DNA from: Orbicella franksi
Lineage: Eukaryota
Direction: 5' to 3'
DNA: 64,000 bases
NCBI GenBank assembly: GCA_964199315.1
Contig: OZ116707.1
Coordinates: 8,246,001 to 8,310,000, forward strand
Both the position numbers and the translations under genes were made by a program. A model generated the notes under the pieces. The model had not been told where the DNA came from and ran no database searches. It worked only from the letters and a program-made list of their open reading frames with translations. This document shows positions 60,400-64,000 of this stretch, piece by piece. How positions within the stretch are numbered: the first letter of the stretch is position 1; each line of letters opens with the position of its first letter.

Positions 60400-63300
60400 A
60401 GCTGTCCCTCTTGTAACCTCCACTCCACTGGTTTGTTATAAAACTTGCTAAATGTCTGTGCAGATGCCCACCCAATGGTACTTAGGATCACGTCGAGTGG
60501 CACATCCTTGGCATTTGCCTTAGAGGCTGTTGCTGCTCTAGTACTAGGTGCAGTGAAGGTGGTTATGTCAATACCAGAGAGTTAAAAAACATCCTTGGTC
60601 CACCTCCAGATTGTGTCATGGGACACTGCTTTGTGTGGTTGTATGCAGCTAATAAACAGCTGTTTCTCACTGTTCTGCAGAGGCTTTGTTTTCTGGATGT
60701 ATTCTTTTAATGTGGATAGTGGGCAAAGTGTGGGATCACTTATGTACTTCTTGATGACCAGGGGCTTACACATTTGGCCTGTTTTGCTAGTTTTAGTGTG
60801 GTTCTGCAGTTGGAACTGACAGGAAGTGGTGTTCACAGTCATACCATCTAGAGAGAGTAAGTACTTAGCCTTTCCTCACGGTCCTGTTACAAGCAATAGG
60901 CACCTTAAGATACCAGGACGGGACGAGCTAGGACGGCTACCGGAAGTAAATTTACTCAACCGGGCATGCGCACAAGAACTCTTGACTAATCTCTCTGCCG
61001 TCCTCGTCTCATCGAGGACGTCATTTCACCCGACTAGCATGTCCCCCTGGCCCTCTTGCCCTGCTAAATGTTCTAATCATCTTTATTTTCAGTTATATTG
61101 ATAGGAATGTTTATAAGGTTCGCGTTTTTTGTGATTGTAATGTAGAATACTATGCTGACATATGAAAATGTGAATAAAAATATTCCTCATCTGTTTGTTT
61201 GTGTTTCAGTCACTGTTCAGTCACTGTCACGAGTGTGCAAGCTCAATACAAACTGTATGCAGAGAATACATCAGTGCAAGTACAGTCGGTAAAATGTTGT
61301 AAGAATGAATGCCATGGAGCATCTATTGAGCAAATAGAATGCACATTTTCAAACTGATGTTTAGTTGTTTTTTTATACTACCCGGAACTTGATGCAACAT
61401 TTGTTTTATTTTCATGTTTGTTACAATTACAGATGGAAATTGAAATGTTCACCAAAAGTCAAGATTCTTTGGCGATAGAATTCTCAAATGCTCCGGTGGT
61501 AAAAAGCCATCTAAAGCAGGTCGATCAGATTGTTTGTTTAATTTTTTCATACAGAAATTCAGGTTTCTCTATTAAAGTATTGACAGACGTTTGCATCACT
61601 TATAAAGAAAATAAATTCAACATCACTGTTCACTATCGTTTAAGCTTAATAGGATAAGATTTCTACCATCTTTTTTATAGTCTAAAAAATGTTTGAATTA
61701 TTGACATCACCGTTCTTTGCGAAAATACACACCTTGAGCATTTTGTTTTTGGCAACACGACAGGACCCGCAAAAGTTTCCCGCATCCTGGCCTTCCTGTC
61801 CTCGTATCTTAAGGTCCTTAATAGCAGCATCACTAATGTTAAAGACTTTTATGAAAGGGCGTCAGGTGGATGTAAGTTTCTGAGGTAACTTAACACTTTA
61901 GAAATATCCCAAATACAGTTGTATTTGGGTTGGGGTTTTCTGAGTTCGTAAATGCATTTGAAGAACCATGTCACCAAGGGGTGAGAACCAAAGTGTTTCC
62001 CACTGTCCATAGTAATAATGGACAAAATCGCAGATCATGCCATATTTATAGTGGAGTAACTCAGGCCCTGATTGTAAAGGGTCATGAGGAAGTCCAAGGA
62101 CTCATTTATCTTTGGTGAACCATAAATAATGCCTTCTTGATGACAAACTGCCAACCACTTATCAGTGTATGTTTTGGATTGTTTTTGCGTGGTTACTCTG
62201 CAGGAAGCCATGAGGATCTTGGCAATGTCTGGAGAAACATTGTATTGTGTAAAGGATTCCTGGAGAGTGGACATATCATTAGGTCTTGCAGTATGTTGCA
62301 GTAGGCTGTTTGAGGGTTTCATTATCCAGGGTTGATTGCATGGCAGCTGTAGTGCCTGTGAGAATTAGGTTTGAGTTGGCCACACTGGGATGACAAGAAT
62401 TCCTTTTGGTTGGTCCGGGGCAATTTTCTGTAGACATCTGGGCATTAAGCTGAAAGGGTGAAAGACATAGAAGTTAAACTTGCTCCAATCAATAGCGAGT
62501 GCATCTAAAAAGGCACACCCTGGGTCAGGTTTCCAGGAGCAATACAATGCAAGTTGACTATTTAGCTTAGTTGCAAACAGGTCAATGTTCAATTCTGGGT
62601 ACAAGGACAAAATAACTTTGAAGGCTTCCTTGTTCAGCATCCATTCAAGTTTGTCCTGAAATTTACGAGATTAGGAGTCCCCACTAACATTAAATTTCAC
62701 TGCATTGTGTGTAGCTGAAACCCACAGCTGCCACTGAATACACCAGTCCCAAATTTATTAGGCGAGGGAATTTAATTTTGGGGATTTTGAGGCCCCCCCC
62801 CCCCTCCATATTATGAATATAAGCTACAGCTGTGGAATTGTCTATCTGGAGCTGGACATGGCTGTTAATGGTTTCTTTGCAAAATGACTTGAGGGCAAAG
62901 AAAGCTGCCTGCAGTTCTAGGATGTTGATATGGCTAGTACTTTCCAAGGTTGTCCATCTCCCTCCAACTTCTTGGTCACCATACACTGCCCCCCTAGCCA
63001 AGGGTTGAGGCATCAGTCTGAATGATCATGCAAGAAGTTGGATGGGTAAAGTAACGAGATGAATGTGGCATGTTTTCAATCCACCATGTCAGCTCTGCTA
63101 CTGAGCTGGATGTGAAAGTCATATGAGATTTGTAATCTCCCTTATGTGTTATCAGGGCATGGGTTTTGTCTCTCTCCAGGAAGCAGTAGTGTAAAGGCCC
63201 AAATTGGACACCTGCAAAGTTAGACACTACAAGGCCAATAACTTCTGCAACCTCTGACATTAGGGGCTTGGTCATATTTTGTAACCTTTTGCAGGCTTCT

Positions 63301-64000
63301 ACAATTTGGAGAATTTTTTCCTCCATTTGTACAACAGTCATGCTAAAAGAGTCAAGCCTAAACCCTAAAAATGTGAGGGTCTGAGTAGGTATTATGACAG
63401 ATTTTGTAGGTTGTAAGTGAAAGCCTGGGCAGTTGAACAAAAATGCTGTGGCTCTAATGTTGCTGCTACAATTTTTAGCATTGTCCCCTTGTAGGTAGGA
63501 GTCATCTATATACCCAGGTCAAGATGGCCCAGTGAATGTAGGGATGCATAAACTGGTTTAAGCACTTTAGTGAATATACATGGGGCACTGAACAAACCAT
63601 TTGGCAAGCAAGTATACTGGTGTACCATTGAATGCAAATTTCAGGTATTTTTGGTGCTCTTTAGCAACTGGTACAGAGTAGAATGCATTTTTAAGGTCAA
63701 CTGATGCCATTCAAGGGTGTCCATTTTAAAATGGTGGTATTGTACAAACGCATTGATAGGCTTGAGGTTAAGTATCGTATGGGTGTGACCTATCTGGTTT
63801 AGGTCTAAGGAATATAGGGGAAACAAATTCCCCAGGTTCTGGTGAGGAAACTTTGAGGAAACCTTTTATAAGTAATTTGTCAATTTCCTCAGTGACAATG
63901 TCATGCTGCGACTGATTAAATGTTTGACCTGGCACATACCCTATGCCATCTCATGGGATCTCTATGCCTCCAGTCATATCATAGAATTGCATTTTGAAGA
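60400..64000 (-). mobile_element. DIRS1-like tyrosine-recombinase retrotransposon (runs off the window)
   Basis: RT: SPIFLRPK, ASVDLKNAFYSVP, GYIDDSYLQG. RNase H: QTDASTLG, ELQAAFFAL, DNSTAVAY. MT-like domain: IDLFATKLN, FNFYVFHPF, LVIPVWPTQ. YR: YSTIN, LCPL..LKEY, PSTRAA, GWASAQTFSKFYNKP. Confidence 0.9.
60898..61819. mobile_element. 922-bp MITE inserted in the DIRS recombinase gene with a 3-bp TSD
   Basis: AGGCACCTTAAGATACCAGGAC pairs with GTCCTCGTATCTTAAGGTCCTT. AAT is duplicated at 60895-60897 and 61820-61822. Removing the insert restores VMLLLLVTG...LLSLDGM. Confidence 0.8.

Noticed and set aside
1-64000. tRNA, rRNA or other structured ncRNA genes
   Set aside because: No cloverleaf or rRNA-like conserved sequence was recognised by eye; tRNAscan-SE and Infernal would be needed to exclude them formally.

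Overview
AT-rich eukaryotic DNA, most likely from a cnidarian such as a stony coral (inferred from the transposon families and spliceosomal introns). No intact host gene, rRNA, tRNA or CRISPR array is visible. The window is a densely nested field of decayed transposable elements. In order: an internally deleted Helentron carrying a 2A-like peptide and an OTU protease (6.3-9.6 kb); a spliced PHD-finger gene converging on a spliced KDZ/HMGXB3-like transposase; a full-length hAT-related element with a 7-bp TSD whose transposase ends in a Spindlin-like Tudor domain (13008-18224); Harbinger and YqaJ relics; an L1/Tx1 LINE interrupted by an integrase-less BEL/Pao element with both LTRs (25399-30411); a Kolobok-type transposase fused to a DEDDh exonuclease and interrupted by an RTE LINE; an EXO1-like fragment; a 1-kb-arm inverted repeat; a 5.9-kb foldback element with minisatellite TIRs, an 8-bp TSD and three more elements nested inside (41395-47307); Ngaro, BEL, Crypton, MULE-OTU, RAG1/Chapaev-like, SAP+NHL-propeller and THAP/ISL2EU relics; and a DIRS element running off the right edge. 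TSDs, TIRs, LTRs and splice sites were read directly from the sequence. Protein family calls come from motif recognition without database searches.
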